This document shows, piece by piece, positions 35,780 through 46,600 of a DNA stretch of 64,000 nt. The notes under the pieces are model-generated. The model did no database searches and was not told the DNA's origin. It was given only the letters and a program-made list of their open reading frames with translations. The DNA is from a virus (Duplodnaviria; Caudoviricetes). The stretch covers positions 1 through 64,000 of the IMG/VR virus record IMGVR_UViG_3300028886_000082; one strand, 5' to 3'. Within the stretch, counting starts at the first letter, position 1. Each line of letters starts with the position of its first letter. The translations under genes and the position numbers were made by a program.

Positions 35780-37920
35780 ACGAGAATCATAACCGCCGTA
35801 TGAAGATTTACGGCCCCTATGACCAGCTATCGGGCATAGGCTGCTATGGTTTCGCCGAAGGTATGCGCACACACGTCAGCATCCCCGACTTCTTTCTTGG
35901 CGACCAGGAGATAACGGATATGTGGGTGCATAAGGAAACGCTTGAAACGGCCATTTGGTACAATGTCCTGCAGTATGGCTCCATACAGAAGTTCGTAGAG
36001 AATCATCTTCATCGTGACTTCGACGAAGAGTATCATTTCGAGGTGATTACCGCTCTTCTGCAGGCGCGTGCATACGATGATCCTGAATTGGCCTTTATTA
36101 TCTGCGACAAGATTGTACACAAGCTGACTGGTAGCCTTACGCCTTTCACGCCTCGATATGCCCAGCGTGTGCTCATTGCTCTGCTTGAAGGCCTGCGCCG
36201 CAGTGGAGTGCCTATCCTTGTAGTGCTTCTGAAAGCCCGTCAGTGGGGAGGCTCCACCCTTGTTCAGATGTACATCAAGTGGATGCAGGAGTATCGCCAC
36301 CCGAGCGGATGGAATGCAGCTATCGTTGCGCAGGCAGATTCCACCGCCAAGAAGATCAAGGCTATGTACCGCAAGGCCGTTGAGTCTCAGCCGGGATGGA
36401 CGATAGGCATGCCAGGCACTAAGCTTGAAATGTCTCCTTATGAGCGTTCCGATTCAGACTTCCAGATATCCGACGGTAAGTTCCTCGCCCGTACCTCACT
36501 GCTTTCAATCGCTTCGTTCAACTCGTTTGAAAAGTGCCGTGGCGATAACTACAAGCTGGTACACTATTCAGAGGTGGCCTCATGGAAGAAGACACCCGAA
36601 CACGACCCAGAGGAAGTGATCTCCAACCTTGAAGGTGGATTCCTTGGTCTGCCCGACGAATTGGCGGTCTTCGAATCTACTGGCAAGGGTAATTCGGGCT
36701 TCTTCTATGACTTGTGTCAAGATGCAATGCGAGAGGATTCCACCTCTGCTTATAAGTTCCTGTTCATTCCTTGCTACATGATTGAGAATGACATGGAGCC
36801 AAAAGGCCCGAACGGGTTCAACCCTGAGCAGGAAGAGAGTTTCGCAATCTGGCTCTTCGATAATCGCAATAAGGATACGTGCCCACCAGGATGGAGAGAG
36901 AGCGGAAAGTTCTTTTGGAAGATGTGGAAGATGGGCGCTTGCTTTGAGGCTATCAACTGGTATCGCATCAATCGTAACAAGCACCGTGATCACGGCCACT
37001 TCGCTTCCGAGGCTCCTATCGACCCCGTTGAGGCTTTCCGTAATTCGGGTAACGCAGTCTTCGATCCCTATGCCATTGATGAACTTAAGGAGGATTGCGA
37101 TGCACCAAAGAAACCGCTCTATTACGCCGACATTATCTTGAAGCCGTTTGAGCAACGCTCACGCTCCGTCTATCGTGAGGCTACCATCCGTCAGCGTGAA
37201 GATAACCAAGGCGAATTGAAGGTGTGGGCAGCACCAAACAATCGGATCTTCAAGGTCAAGAACCGTTACGTGGTGTCAGTGGATATAGGCGGCGCTTCCG
37301 ACAAGGCCGACTATACCGTTATGACTGTTATCGACCAGATGGGATTGTGCCGTGAGGTCAAAGGACGCCCGCGTGTCGTAGCCAGGTGGAGAGGCCATGT
37401 CCGTCACGACATTCTCGCATGGAAGGCTGCTGCCTTGGCACACTTCTACGACGATGCCTTGCTGATTATCGAATCCAATACCGCCGACAGAGAGAAAGAT
37501 ACCAATACCGAAGGCGACCACTTTGGAACCATCATCAATGAGATAGCAAAGTTCTATCCTAATCTCTATCAGCGCAACAAGACGCCCGAATCCGTGCAGG
37601 AAGGTATCGAACCTATCTACGGATTTCAGACCAATGTCAAAACCAAACAGTGGATCATCGACAACCTCATTGCCTGCGTGGATGATAAGCTTTGGGAAGA
37701 GCCCGACGAGCAGATGTATGCGGAATTAGGCTGGTACGAGCGTGACCCAGATACGGGAAAGATGGGCAACCAGCCTGGCTCAAACCGCCATGATGACGTA
37801 CTCATGTCAACCGCTATCGGCCTCTATGTCTGCTACAATAACGACATCTACCGCCCATCATGGAACAACGAGCGTCCACGTCAGCGCGACCACACTCTCC
37901 CCATCGAGTCCACTTTCTAA
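35752..37920 (+). CDS. terL: Terminase large subunit
   Basis: KARQWGGST Walker A, HYSEVA Walker B, FESTGKG, VSVDIGG and HDDVLMS nuclease motifs; likely ATG at 35752. Confidence 0.9.
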   Translation: MRKEIKELIDENHNRRMKIYGPYDQLSGIGCYGFAEGMRTHVSIPDFFLGDQEITDMWVHKETLETAIWYNVLQYGSIQKFVENHLHRDFDEEYHFEVITALLQARAYDDPELAFIICDKIVHKLTGSLTPFTPRYAQRVLIALLEGLRRSGVPILVVLLKARQWGGSTLVQMYIKWMQEYRHPSGWNAAIVAQADSTAKKIKAMYRKAVESQPGWTIGMPGTKLEMSPYERSDSDFQISDGKFLARTSLLSIASFNSFEKCRGDNYKLVHYSEVASWKKTPEHDPEEVISNLEGGFLGLPDELAVFESTGKGNSGFFYDLCQDAMREDSTSAYKFLFIPCYMIENDMEPKGPNGFNPEQEESFAIWLFDNRNKDTCPPGWRESGKFFWKMWKMGACFEAINWYRINRNKHRDHGHFASEAPIDPVEAFRNSGNAVFDPYAIDELKEDCDAPKKPLYYADIILKPFEQRSRSVYREATIRQREDNQGELKVWAAPNNRIFKVKNRYVVSVDIGGASDKADYTVMTVIDQMGLCREVKGRPRVVARWRGHVRHDILAWKAAALAHFYDDALLIIESNTADREKDTNTEGDHFGTIINEIAKFYPNLYQRNKTPESVQEGIEPIYGFQTNVKTKQWIIDNLIACVDDKLWEEPDEQMYAELGWYERDPDTGKMGNQPGSNRHDDVLMSTAIGLYVCYNNDIYRPSWNNERPRQRDHTLPIESTF

Positions 37921-37955
37921 TGAATATCTTCGGTTCAATTAAATACAAATAAGCT

Positions 37956-40655
37956 ATGAACGAGAAACAACAACAGCTCACATTCGACAAGGGAATCACC
38001 AATGTCCCTTCCGATATCCTATGCTCAGACAATGCGCTTGAAGAGTCCGTCGGTATGATTTATGACGATGGAGAGCATCGGGTGATACAAAAGCCAGTGG
38101 TGAAGATTACGGGGACTCCCAATATAGTTCTGTATATTCATAAGTTTGGCAACGAGCCTGATAGATATATCTGTACGGCTGGAGAAGGACAGAGTATTGT
38201 TTACGGCACAGTTTCTTCAGGAGCATATTCAACTCTTAATAATCTCGGAAATGAAGTATATAGCGCCGCAAATACTAAAATAACTTCTATTGGCAAGACT
38301 CTGATTGTTACAAGTGCAAGTGGCATGCATTATTTCCTATGGCAACCAGGCAACGGGCAAAATCCGCCATCATACAAATATTTGGGCGACCACATTCCGG
38401 AACCATATATAAGATTTTGGCTATATGGCGATGATAAGGTCTTAACTCCGACGGAATACAACAACTGGAAATATACACAGCGGTTCGGTTTGTGGGAAAT
38501 TGAAAAATTCGTATCGAGTACGGGATCGTCGTATGAGATATTGTCAAATGAAAACTACCACCCAAAGATAGATTCGTCAGATGTTTATAACGATCTCGTT
38601 GTTGGTCTTTATGCTAAAAATAAAAAGCAGATTGCTCATAAGAAGTGTTTTTGCAATCCTTTCTTTGTGCGGTATGCACTTGAAATGTACGATGGCACAT
38701 ACACTTATATATCCAACCCCGTACTTCTAATGCCAAGCTGCAAGCGCAACTCTTATGCGTATTGGGATTTTGAAGATAACAATCTTTCAGTTTTCACATG
38801 CTATAAGAAGCTGTTTTATCAGATGACTTTTTTGGAGGGTACTCAACTTGCGGAGTTCAGTGATATTGTGAAAGATGTGGTGGTGTTCATAAGCGATGGC
38901 ATAGAACTATACGACACTGTTTGTGACCAACCTTGCGGACATATCACATCCATTACCGATACCGAAGATCAACCAATTATGGCCGTTGATGGCATATATC
39001 GAGAGCTTATATCACTGAATAATCTTAGCTTATACCGTGATAAAAATTTTAGCGCAGTTTACACTGGTGGAACTTCACCGTACACCGTGTCTGTACTAAA
39101 AGAAAAGAGTGAGGATGATATCTTGAACGATATCAAGTCGGCTTCTGTATTCTATAAGATATGTAGTTTGGGCTTGAAGCAGGCTGGTAATGATTATGGA
39201 GACCTTACATCTAGGATTCCGCTTAATGTGCTTGACAATCTTACGACGCAGGAAATTCTTCCTAACGATGATTATTTCTCTCGTAGCAAGCTATACCCAA
39301 GTTTTATCTACGCCTACAATTCAAGACTTAATCTTGCCAATGTTGCTCGTTCATTTTTTGAGGGATTTGAGTTTTTCATAGCCTTTGATAAGTCAAACGG
39401 TGATAACTATCAATACACATTTGACGTCACGATACAGACTGACACGGGCAATGTGCATGTATGGCACAATCTTTCGCAAAGTACAAATCATGGCATAACA
39501 GTCCAAGGGGTTTATTTTTATTACCCTGATTCAAGAGCAAAACATGTCGTTATATACAATACGACCACCGAAAAAAAAATCCTAGATGCGGATTTGGAGA
39601 CGCATTCAGGGTTGAACGGAGCATTCTATATAGCAGGACTGCCAGGCTATCGAGTTAAAGATGAACCTACGGGAACACCCGTAGCCCCAGAATCTTATTC
39701 ATCTCCTTCATCTCCAGCACCTGAGAAACTGCCAAACTACATCATAACGTCAGAGGTAAACAATCCTTGGGTGTTTCAGGCAGAAGGATATAACAGAGTG
39801 GGGGTTGGAGAGATCATCGGCATGTCAACTACCACAATGGCATTATCACAAGACCAGTTCGGAGGTACAGACCTCATTGTGTTCACCGATAACGGCATCT
39901 GGGGTATGAAGGTAGATGGCACAGGTCTCTATCAAAGCATCCACCCGTTCAGCCGTGAGGTGTGCAACAATCCAAAGTCCATCACGCAGACCGACGGAGC
40001 CGTGTTCTTCTCATCCGAAAAAGGGCTGATGATAGCATGGGACGGTGGAGTGAAGTGTGTCAGCGAACAACTTAACGGAAAGGAGTCGCTGTTTTCGGGA
40101 GAAGTAGGGATGGGCAACTTCCGCAACTACATGGAAGATTGCTTTATCGCATACGACTATAGGGATTCGTTATTGTGGATATTCAACAAAAACCGTTTGT
40201 TCAATAGCAACTACTGTTATGTCTATTCCATTAAGACGGGGACATTTGGAAAATACAAGTTCGATACCAGCATTACAAATATAGTAAACGACTATCCAGA
40301 CTTCCTTCTGCAGACGGGAGGAACTTTGCTTTCATTGACGGGAAGAACAAATATCAATCTGGATGAAAATGATGATTACTTGGGGCTTATGATTACCCGT
40401 CCTATGAAGCTGGAAAACGGACTTGCCTTGAAGAGCATCATGCAGATTAGGAATATCAGCTATATGGAAGGTTCAATGACGCTCCGCATCTTTGCCAGCA
40501 ACAACCTCAACGATTGGGTGGAACTCCATTCGCTGAGAGGCATGCCTTGGAAATACTACCGCTTCCGATACGACCTGTCTGACATGAAGGCCACAGACAG
40601 ATTCGGAGGCTCCGTGCTTATCACTCAGGAACGTAGAACAAATAAACTCAGATAG
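37956..40655 (+). CDS. Tail hub/stabilization protein (P22 gp10 / T7 gp12-like)
   Basis: 899 aa beta-propeller-like; DQFGGTDLIVFTDNGIWGM, VFFSSEKGL. Confidence 0.65.
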   Translation: MNEKQQQLTFDKGITNVPSDILCSDNALEESVGMIYDDGEHRVIQKPVVKITGTPNIVLYIHKFGNEPDRYICTAGEGQSIVYGTVSSGAYSTLNNLGNEVYSAANTKITSIGKTLIVTSASGMHYFLWQPGNGQNPPSYKYLGDHIPEPYIRFWLYGDDKVLTPTEYNNWKYTQRFGLWEIEKFVSSTGSSYEILSNENYHPKIDSSDVYNDLVVGLYAKNKKQIAHKKCFCNPFFVRYALEMYDGTYTYISNPVLLMPSCKRNSYAYWDFEDNNLSVFTCYKKLFYQMTFLEGTQLAEFSDIVKDVVVFISDGIELYDTVCDQPCGHITSITDTEDQPIMAVDGIYRELISLNNLSLYRDKNFSAVYTGGTSPYTVSVLKEKSEDDILNDIKSASVFYKICSLGLKQAGNDYGDLTSRIPLNVLDNLTTQEILPNDDYFSRSKLYPSFIYAYNSRLNLANVARSFFEGFEFFIAFDKSNGDNYQYTFDVTIQTDTGNVHVWHNLSQSTNHGITVQGVYFYYPDSRAKHVVIYNTTTEKKILDADLETHSGLNGAFYIAGLPGYRVKDEPTGTPVAPESYSSPSSPAPEKLPNYIITSEVNNPWVFQAEGYNRVGVGEIIGMSTTTMALSQDQFGGTDLIVFTDNGIWGMKVDGTGLYQSIHPFSREVCNNPKSITQTDGAVFFSSEKGLMIAWDGGVKCVSEQLNGKESLFSGEVGMGNFRNYMEDCFIAYDYRDSLLWIFNKNRLFNSNYCYVYSIKTGTFGKYKFDTSITNIVNDYPDFLLQTGGTLLSLTGRTNINLDENDDYLGLMITRPMKLENGLALKSIMQIRNISYMEGSMTLRIFASNNLNDWVELHSLRGMPWKYYRFRYDLSDMKATDRFGGSVLITQERRTNKLR

Positions 40656-40659
40656 GATT

Positions 40660-41376
40660 ATGACATACAATTGGACAACTTTCAATTTGCAGGATGCGCT
40701 TTCGGGGACTCTTGTAGGATTTCGTCAGACAAATGAATACGACCTTTCAAAGACTGGCGTGTTTGAGCGCAACATGAATAAAGTACCCAATTACAAGGTG
40801 GTAATTGGTGGTGTGGTACTTGGTGTGAATAAAAATGGTGTTATAGAAACGTCGCAACCGACATCAGCATATATAGGTCAAACCCTCCAAATGGTCACAG
40901 CCGAAATGGGTGACTATGGAGCCGTTGGCCGAAGTCTGACACGTTCCTCCGGGTCATCGGGCGAAGGATTTAACGATGTAGCTGTTTTGGCTAACATCGA
41001 ACCACGAGACCAGTTTGCCGTACAAGTACTGAATGCCATACTTATCCACACAGACCATCCGGAATCATTCGACGATGCCAAGTGCTTGATGTATAGCCGT
41101 GCTGCATACCGTTGGGCACAGGCCATGATGATTGCCGCAGCTGACTCACGCGATGGCGAGAGCACTACACAAAGCACTGCTGTTGATGTGAATTCAGGCG
41201 ACTTACAGAGTAACACCGAAAAGCTGCTCTATAACATCGGACAGTATCTAAAGGAAGGTGTTTCAATCAAAGGTTCTACGGAGTTTGGCGCGTCTCCCGT
41301 TCAAACGAGAATATTGGAAATGCCAACCGTGACGCTTGAAGACGCTCCCTCTGAACCGGGTGGGGAAAATACATAA
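40660..41376 (+). CDS. Hypothetical protein
   Basis: 238 aa, in operon. Confidence 0.6.
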   Translation: MTYNWTTFNLQDALSGTLVGFRQTNEYDLSKTGVFERNMNKVPNYKVVIGGVVLGVNKNGVIETSQPTSAYIGQTLQMVTAEMGDYGAVGRSLTRSSGSSGEGFNDVAVLANIEPRDQFAVQVLNAILIHTDHPESFDDAKCLMYSRAAYRWAQAMMIAAADSRDGESTTQSTAVDVNSGDLQSNTEKLLYNIGQYLKEGVSIKGSTEFGASPVQTRILEMPTVTLEDAPSEPGGENT

Positions 41377-41391
41377 AAGAAGAGGAAGAAA

Positions 41392-41751
41392 CTAATCTTC
41401 CTCTTCTCTCTTCAATGGTAAAGGTTCCGGCTTCACTTCCTCATATGGCGTGTAGGCTCCCTTGTCTTGCAAAGGTATTCTGCTTCTTACCAATGCCTGC
41501 AGGTCGTCACGGTCTTTCTGTCTGCTGATGTTGATGTTGATCTCGCTCTGCTTCACGATACCCATCTTTACCGACTCCAGGTATAGCTTTGCCCACTGAA
41601 CGGGCGCATTCTCGCGTATCAATTCCATCGTCTCGCTAAACAATGAAAAGTTCTCTTCCGTCCAATTGGCCATCATCCCCTGAACAGTGTCCGACAACTT
41701 GGCTACTGCTCTCGAACCTCGGTTCCTTCTGACATCTTTTCCAACATCCAT
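41392..41751 (-). CDS. Hypothetical protein (possibly terminase small subunit-like)
   Basis: 119 aa helical; start uncertain. Confidence 0.4.
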   Translation of the reverse strand: MDVGKDVRRNRGSRAVAKLSDTVQGMMANWTEENFSLFSETMELIRENAPVQWAKLYLESVKMGIVKQSEININISRQKDRDDLQALVRSRIPLQDKGAYTPYEEVKPEPLPLKREEED

Positions 41752-42239
41752 TTCTTTCTCTCCTTACTCTTTTTGCGATTTTTCTCACGGGTGTTAACGT
41801 ATGATGGCAGCTTAGCATCTATCACCTTTCCGTTTTCATCGAACACGCCATTCTTGATAAAACCCCTGATGATGCTCCCTCTTATCGGACTGATAAAGAA
41901 CTTGGGCGCAGGCTGTATCACTGCAAACTTCATGATGTAGCTTAGGCTCTTGCCTATAAACTCACGCTTCTCCGACAACTCCTGCACCACCTTGAACAGA
42001 GAGTAGTACATTTCCCGTCTCAGGGGAAGCATCATATCCACCCTGCTAAAATCACCCTTCACCATCAATGCAATGTTCTGACTGGCTTGCCGGGGCGAGA
42101 TGTAGTAGCGTGGGGCTGGTTCATTGACCATGCGCTCGTAGGCCTGATGTTGCGACCAGCAATTGCCGCATACGCGCTTGTAAGCGGCTATGAGGTCTTG
42201 CTGCATCTGCTTCGATATGTCGTAATTCACTTTGCCCAT
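41703..42239 (-). CDS. Basic hypothetical protein, candidate late-gene regulator
   Basis: 178 aa; PAPRYYISP / PAPKFFISP internal repeat; promoter carries an ACGGAA/TTCCGT palindrome. Confidence 0.55.
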   Translation of the reverse strand: MGKVNYDISKQMQQDLIAAYKRVCGNCWSQHQAYERMVNEPAPRYYISPRQASQNIALMVKGDFSRVDMMLPLRREMYYSLFKVVQELSEKREFIGKSLSYIMKFAVIQPAPKFFISPIRGSIIRGFIKNGVFDENGKVIDAKLPSYVNTREKNRKKSKERKKWMLEKMSEGTEVREQ

Positions 42240-42326
42240 GATGCAAAATTACGGAAAATGTTCCGTTTATGAGCATTTCACGACTTTACACTATTAAAGA
42301 CTAACAAAGATTGGTAATGATTATAG

Positions 42327-42397
42327 TCCGTTTCCGATTATCGGCCGCCGCAGGATTTCGGAATCGGAATAACCAATAGACCAATATGATATATTTG
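42327..42397 (+). promoter_or_regulatory. Late promoter with the same palindrome as 30760
   Basis: TCCGTTTCCGA-N19-TTCGGAATCGGA-N21-TATATTTG. Confidence 0.7.
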
Positions 42398-42419
42398 CGT
42401 GCAATAAAACGTTTTATTT

Positions 42420-43607
42420 ATGCCTACATTTAGAGAAGATTTACACTTAGGTCATGAGGTTGCCCTTTGGGAAACTGATGACATAAGGGATAGGGCGATA
42501 ACCTCACAGAAGATTGCGCTAAAGGCCATCATAACCGAGCTTATTGCCGACCTTGCCGTGACTACAGAGAAGTTGGCCAACTTATCGGTAACTACCCCGA
42601 AGATAGCAGAACTTGCCGTAGTAACATCAAAGCTTGCCGAACTAGCAGTAACCACCGAGAAGGTTGCTGAGCAGGCTATTACCACAGAGAAGATTCACGA
42701 CCTTGCGGTTGTCACCGAGAAAATCGCTGAACTCGCTGTTACTACGGGAAAGATTGCTGATTTGGCGGTGACTACAGAGAAACTGGCAGACGGGGCCGTG
42801 ACCAATGAGAAAATTCATGATCTTACTATTAGTTGGCTAAAGCTTGACGCTGACCTTCAAAACATTATTGCTTCGAGAGAAGAAGGTGGCGTAGCCCTCA
42901 GTAATGAGTGGGGAAACAGCACTTTGATTGGCCTTACCCAGAAGATGCTATCAGAGGCTTTAGGCAATGTGCATAAGGATGGAAACAACTTCATTTCACT
43001 ACAGCAGCAGATAGACCAGATAGTATCTGGTGGCGCAACAGTTAATCTTACTGCAAGCCCGACTACAGTATTCGTAGGAGTACATCGCAATATTACTTTG
43101 AATGCTACTACCAATGCTCAGGCTTCAAGTATCAAGATATTCAAGAATGGCGTCGCCTCTCCTATTGCTACAGGAAGTGGCACAAGCAAGTCATATACAG
43201 ATGCTATTACACCAGCAGCAAGAGGCAATTCCCAGTATTATGCGGAGTTCGTGATAAGCGGTATTGCAAAGAGATACCCCACAAGCGGTTTTGTCAATGT
43301 ACAGGCTGTGGATAAGATATACACAGGTGCTGGTGCTACTTATGGTGATACTACAATGGTTGAAGAGACCAGCCCGCATGCAGCAGGAACATTCAACAAG
43401 CAGATTTCCACTGCTGATGGTGACTATCTGTTTATTGAGGTACCCGACAATTTCAACCTTACAAGTATTAAACTTGTAAGCACTTATGAGACAAGCCTTG
43501 CATTCACTCAGATTGAATCTACAAGGACCGGCTATAAGGCTTATAAGAATGATGAGCCAAGAGGTGCTGGTACATACACATATAAATTCACTATTGCTAA
43601 CGCTTAA
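42420..43607 (+). CDS. Tail fibre-like protein with 10-aa AVTTEKIAEL repeats
   Basis: About 9 decapeptide repeats near the N-terminus; beta-rich C-terminus. Confidence 0.65.
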   Translation: MPTFREDLHLGHEVALWETDDIRDRAITSQKIALKAIITELIADLAVTTEKLANLSVTTPKIAELAVVTSKLAELAVTTEKVAEQAITTEKIHDLAVVTEKIAELAVTTGKIADLAVTTEKLADGAVTNEKIHDLTISWLKLDADLQNIIASREEGGVALSNEWGNSTLIGLTQKMLSEALGNVHKDGNNFISLQQQIDQIVSGGATVNLTASPTTVFVGVHRNITLNATTNAQASSIKIFKNGVASPIATGSGTSKSYTDAITPAARGNSQYYAEFVISGIAKRYPTSGFVNVQAVDKIYTGAGATYGDTTMVEETSPHAAGTFNKQISTADGDYLFIEVPDNFNLTSIKLVSTYETSLAFTQIESTRTGYKAYKNDEPRGAGTYTYKFTIANA

Positions 43608-43619
43608 AGAATAGAAGAT

Positions 43620-46600
43620 ATGGCAGATATATTTGAAATAGCAGGTAGAATACATTCTACAAGTCAGGAAGAAGTTACTACTGTAGCTGGTGAGATACTT
43701 GACGAAAACAAGGGCATGAAGCAGAGTCAGATAAACACTGAAACTGATGCTGCACTTGATGATAGATATACAAAGGAACAAACTTACAGCAAATCTGAGC
43801 TTAATAACTTAATTACTACTCCGAATCAGCAGTATGTAAACGTTACAGCAAATTCTCAGACTACTGCTGTTACAGATGTGCTACCTGCTACTGGCGAGGC
43901 TGATACTACTTACCGTGTTGGTAACTGGGATGGAACGCAATATAATGATTCTGTATTTAGCGAGTATGCTTGGAATGGCAGTGCTTATATAAAGCTTAGT
44001 ACGAAATCACAGGTAGGAGAGGTTTACGATATTTCAGCAAATCATGCTGATACTAAGTATGCCGATCTTGCTGCAGCTCTTAATGGCGGTGCTAATATTC
44101 CTCAGTCACTTCAGAAGGGTGGAATGTCAGTTAAATATGTATGTAGTTATGACAATAAGTATGTGCAGTATAGGTTGACAAAAGATACATGGTCAACTAC
44201 TGTTAGCGATTGGCAGGGTATAGACGATATTGTAGATAACCTGAACTACATTAATAATATAGTCAGATTTAAGGTAGGTAGTCTTAATTCAGAAACAGGT
44301 GCTGAGGTTGTTGTAAATACAAGAGCAAGGACGGCATTTATCAAATCACCGTTTATTTTAGAATTGAATGAGGGATATAAGATTCAAATGATATGCAAGT
44401 ATCAACAGAATCCTGATGGTACTACTACATTTATTGATTTATCTGGTGTCAGAAGCAATCTTACTAAATACTTTGGTACTTCTGATGATGGTTATGTATA
44501 TCGCCTGACAGTTTCCAAGGATGTTGCGACAGATACTATTTCAGAAAGTGACCTTAATGATATTATCAAGACATTCAAGTCATGTGTTGTGTTTGAAGAC
44601 ACCAATAATCTGTTGGGTCTTGCAGGCAAGAAAGTGTCTGTATGCGGTGCATCCAATGAATGCTTTGAAGGAGTGTCTGTTGGAAGAAGTTTAAGATATT
44701 ATCCTGGAAGCAATATAGTCGGTGATATGGATAACACCTATTGGGGCATGCTGATTAAAACCTGTGGTGCTGTTTTAGAAGAGAATATTAGTGTTGGCAG
44801 TTCTGGTGTTACGGATAATGAATACTATCATCAGAATTGTTTCAGAAAGAGAGTTGCAAACGGTGGTCTTGGTAGTCCTGATGTCGTGCTTCTTGGCGGT
44901 GGTCAGAATGAGCCTCCTATCGGTGATGAAGAAGGACAGATGCAAGTTGGCACTTTTGACCCCACGAAGCCAACCGAGGAACTTAACCTCTATGAGTTCT
45001 GTGATGCCTATGATAATCTTATCAGACTTATCAATAGTGAGTGCAGTAATCCTCGTATTATTATCTACATTCATCCTAAAACTGATTACAGGCTTGCCTC
45101 TGTAATGACAGGTATCGGCCGTTATTATGGTGCTGATATTATCAATGCAGTTTCTCAACTTGATAAGTTTGAGTTATTGCAAGAAGTGGGTATTTCACCT
45201 AGTCATTATACTCAGCATGATATGACGCTTGTGTACAATCTTATTGTCAACACTCTGCTTGAAAAAGGCAAGCATATACAGAGTGTGTATGGTACTAATG
45301 GTAAGGTGAGTGAACTGTATTTTGAAGGCATTGATACAACAAAACACTATAGTTTCCAACAGTTGAGATATGTCAGTGGTACGGGTGTACGTATATTTAT
45401 CAAAGATGAGTATGGAGAGACTTTGAGCAACACAACAATTGCACAACTTAATCATAATGTGAATGCTCTCAATATGCCAGAAGGTATGAAGGGTTATATT
45501 ACCCTGAATATGACGGAGGATGACACTATTGATATTCAGGCTACCATCAATAATGACATTGCAACCTCACTTGACGAGAATCCTTCCATCCATGCTTTTC
45601 TGATTGAGAACGGTATTATCCCTGTCATACAAGACAATAAAGCTGACAAAGGTGGTATAACATGGATTAACAGAGTCATCATTAGAAGTAACGGCCTTCT
45701 TGGAAATTATAATTCTGATACTATATTCACAAGTGGTCTTTTACTCATAGACAAAAGTGAGGATATTAAAGTTAAGAATGGCTGGTATAACAAAGATAAT
45801 GCTATTGTGCCACTTTATTTTTATGACGAGAATGGTATTGCTATTTCTGGCTATCTGGATGACCTTAGTGACCCGACAACTGGTAGAAAGAGTTTCACTA
45901 TTCAGAAAGATAACATTCCTGCTAATGCCAAGTACATTAGGATTTGCTCTAATTACGGCTCTACTGTTGGATATGCTGATGTATTAAGTGGTATTAGTCT
46001 CTACTCTGTTGCTAATGAAGTTTTTAAAATCAGTAGAAAGAATACAAAACGGGAGAGCACTAATGAGTATGAATTGTATGGTGAGGAAACGTTCAATGAG
46101 CATTATTATATCAACTCTACGTCAGGGGCAATTACAGGTAGCAACAATTATATTGCCACACCGTTCTTAAACATCAAAGGTGCTGCGAGTCTTGAGGTTG
46201 CACTGTTTTTCAATAGTGTCACCTCTAACAATAACGGTCTTGGATTTTATGATAAGGACAAGAATTTTATCAGCGGAGTAGCTAACCACGATACAGTGCC
46301 TTATGCTGTCTTAACGATTAATGTCCCGCAGAACGCTGAGTATATCGCAGTATGTATGCCTACAGAAAATAATAGTTTCTACAGTTATAATACATCTGTG
46401 AATGGTGTTCCATGCTATATCAAAGTGAATTACAGATATGTAGAAAAGAGAGGTTTTACAGAAGGGAACTTTGACACTCAGGGTTCATATACAACTCCGT
46501 CATCTACTTATAATAATAATACAGGGCAGATAAATATATCTGAAGGAGAGGTTCTGGAATACAGAGCATTTTCTAATCTTAATGACGTAATTGCTGTAAT

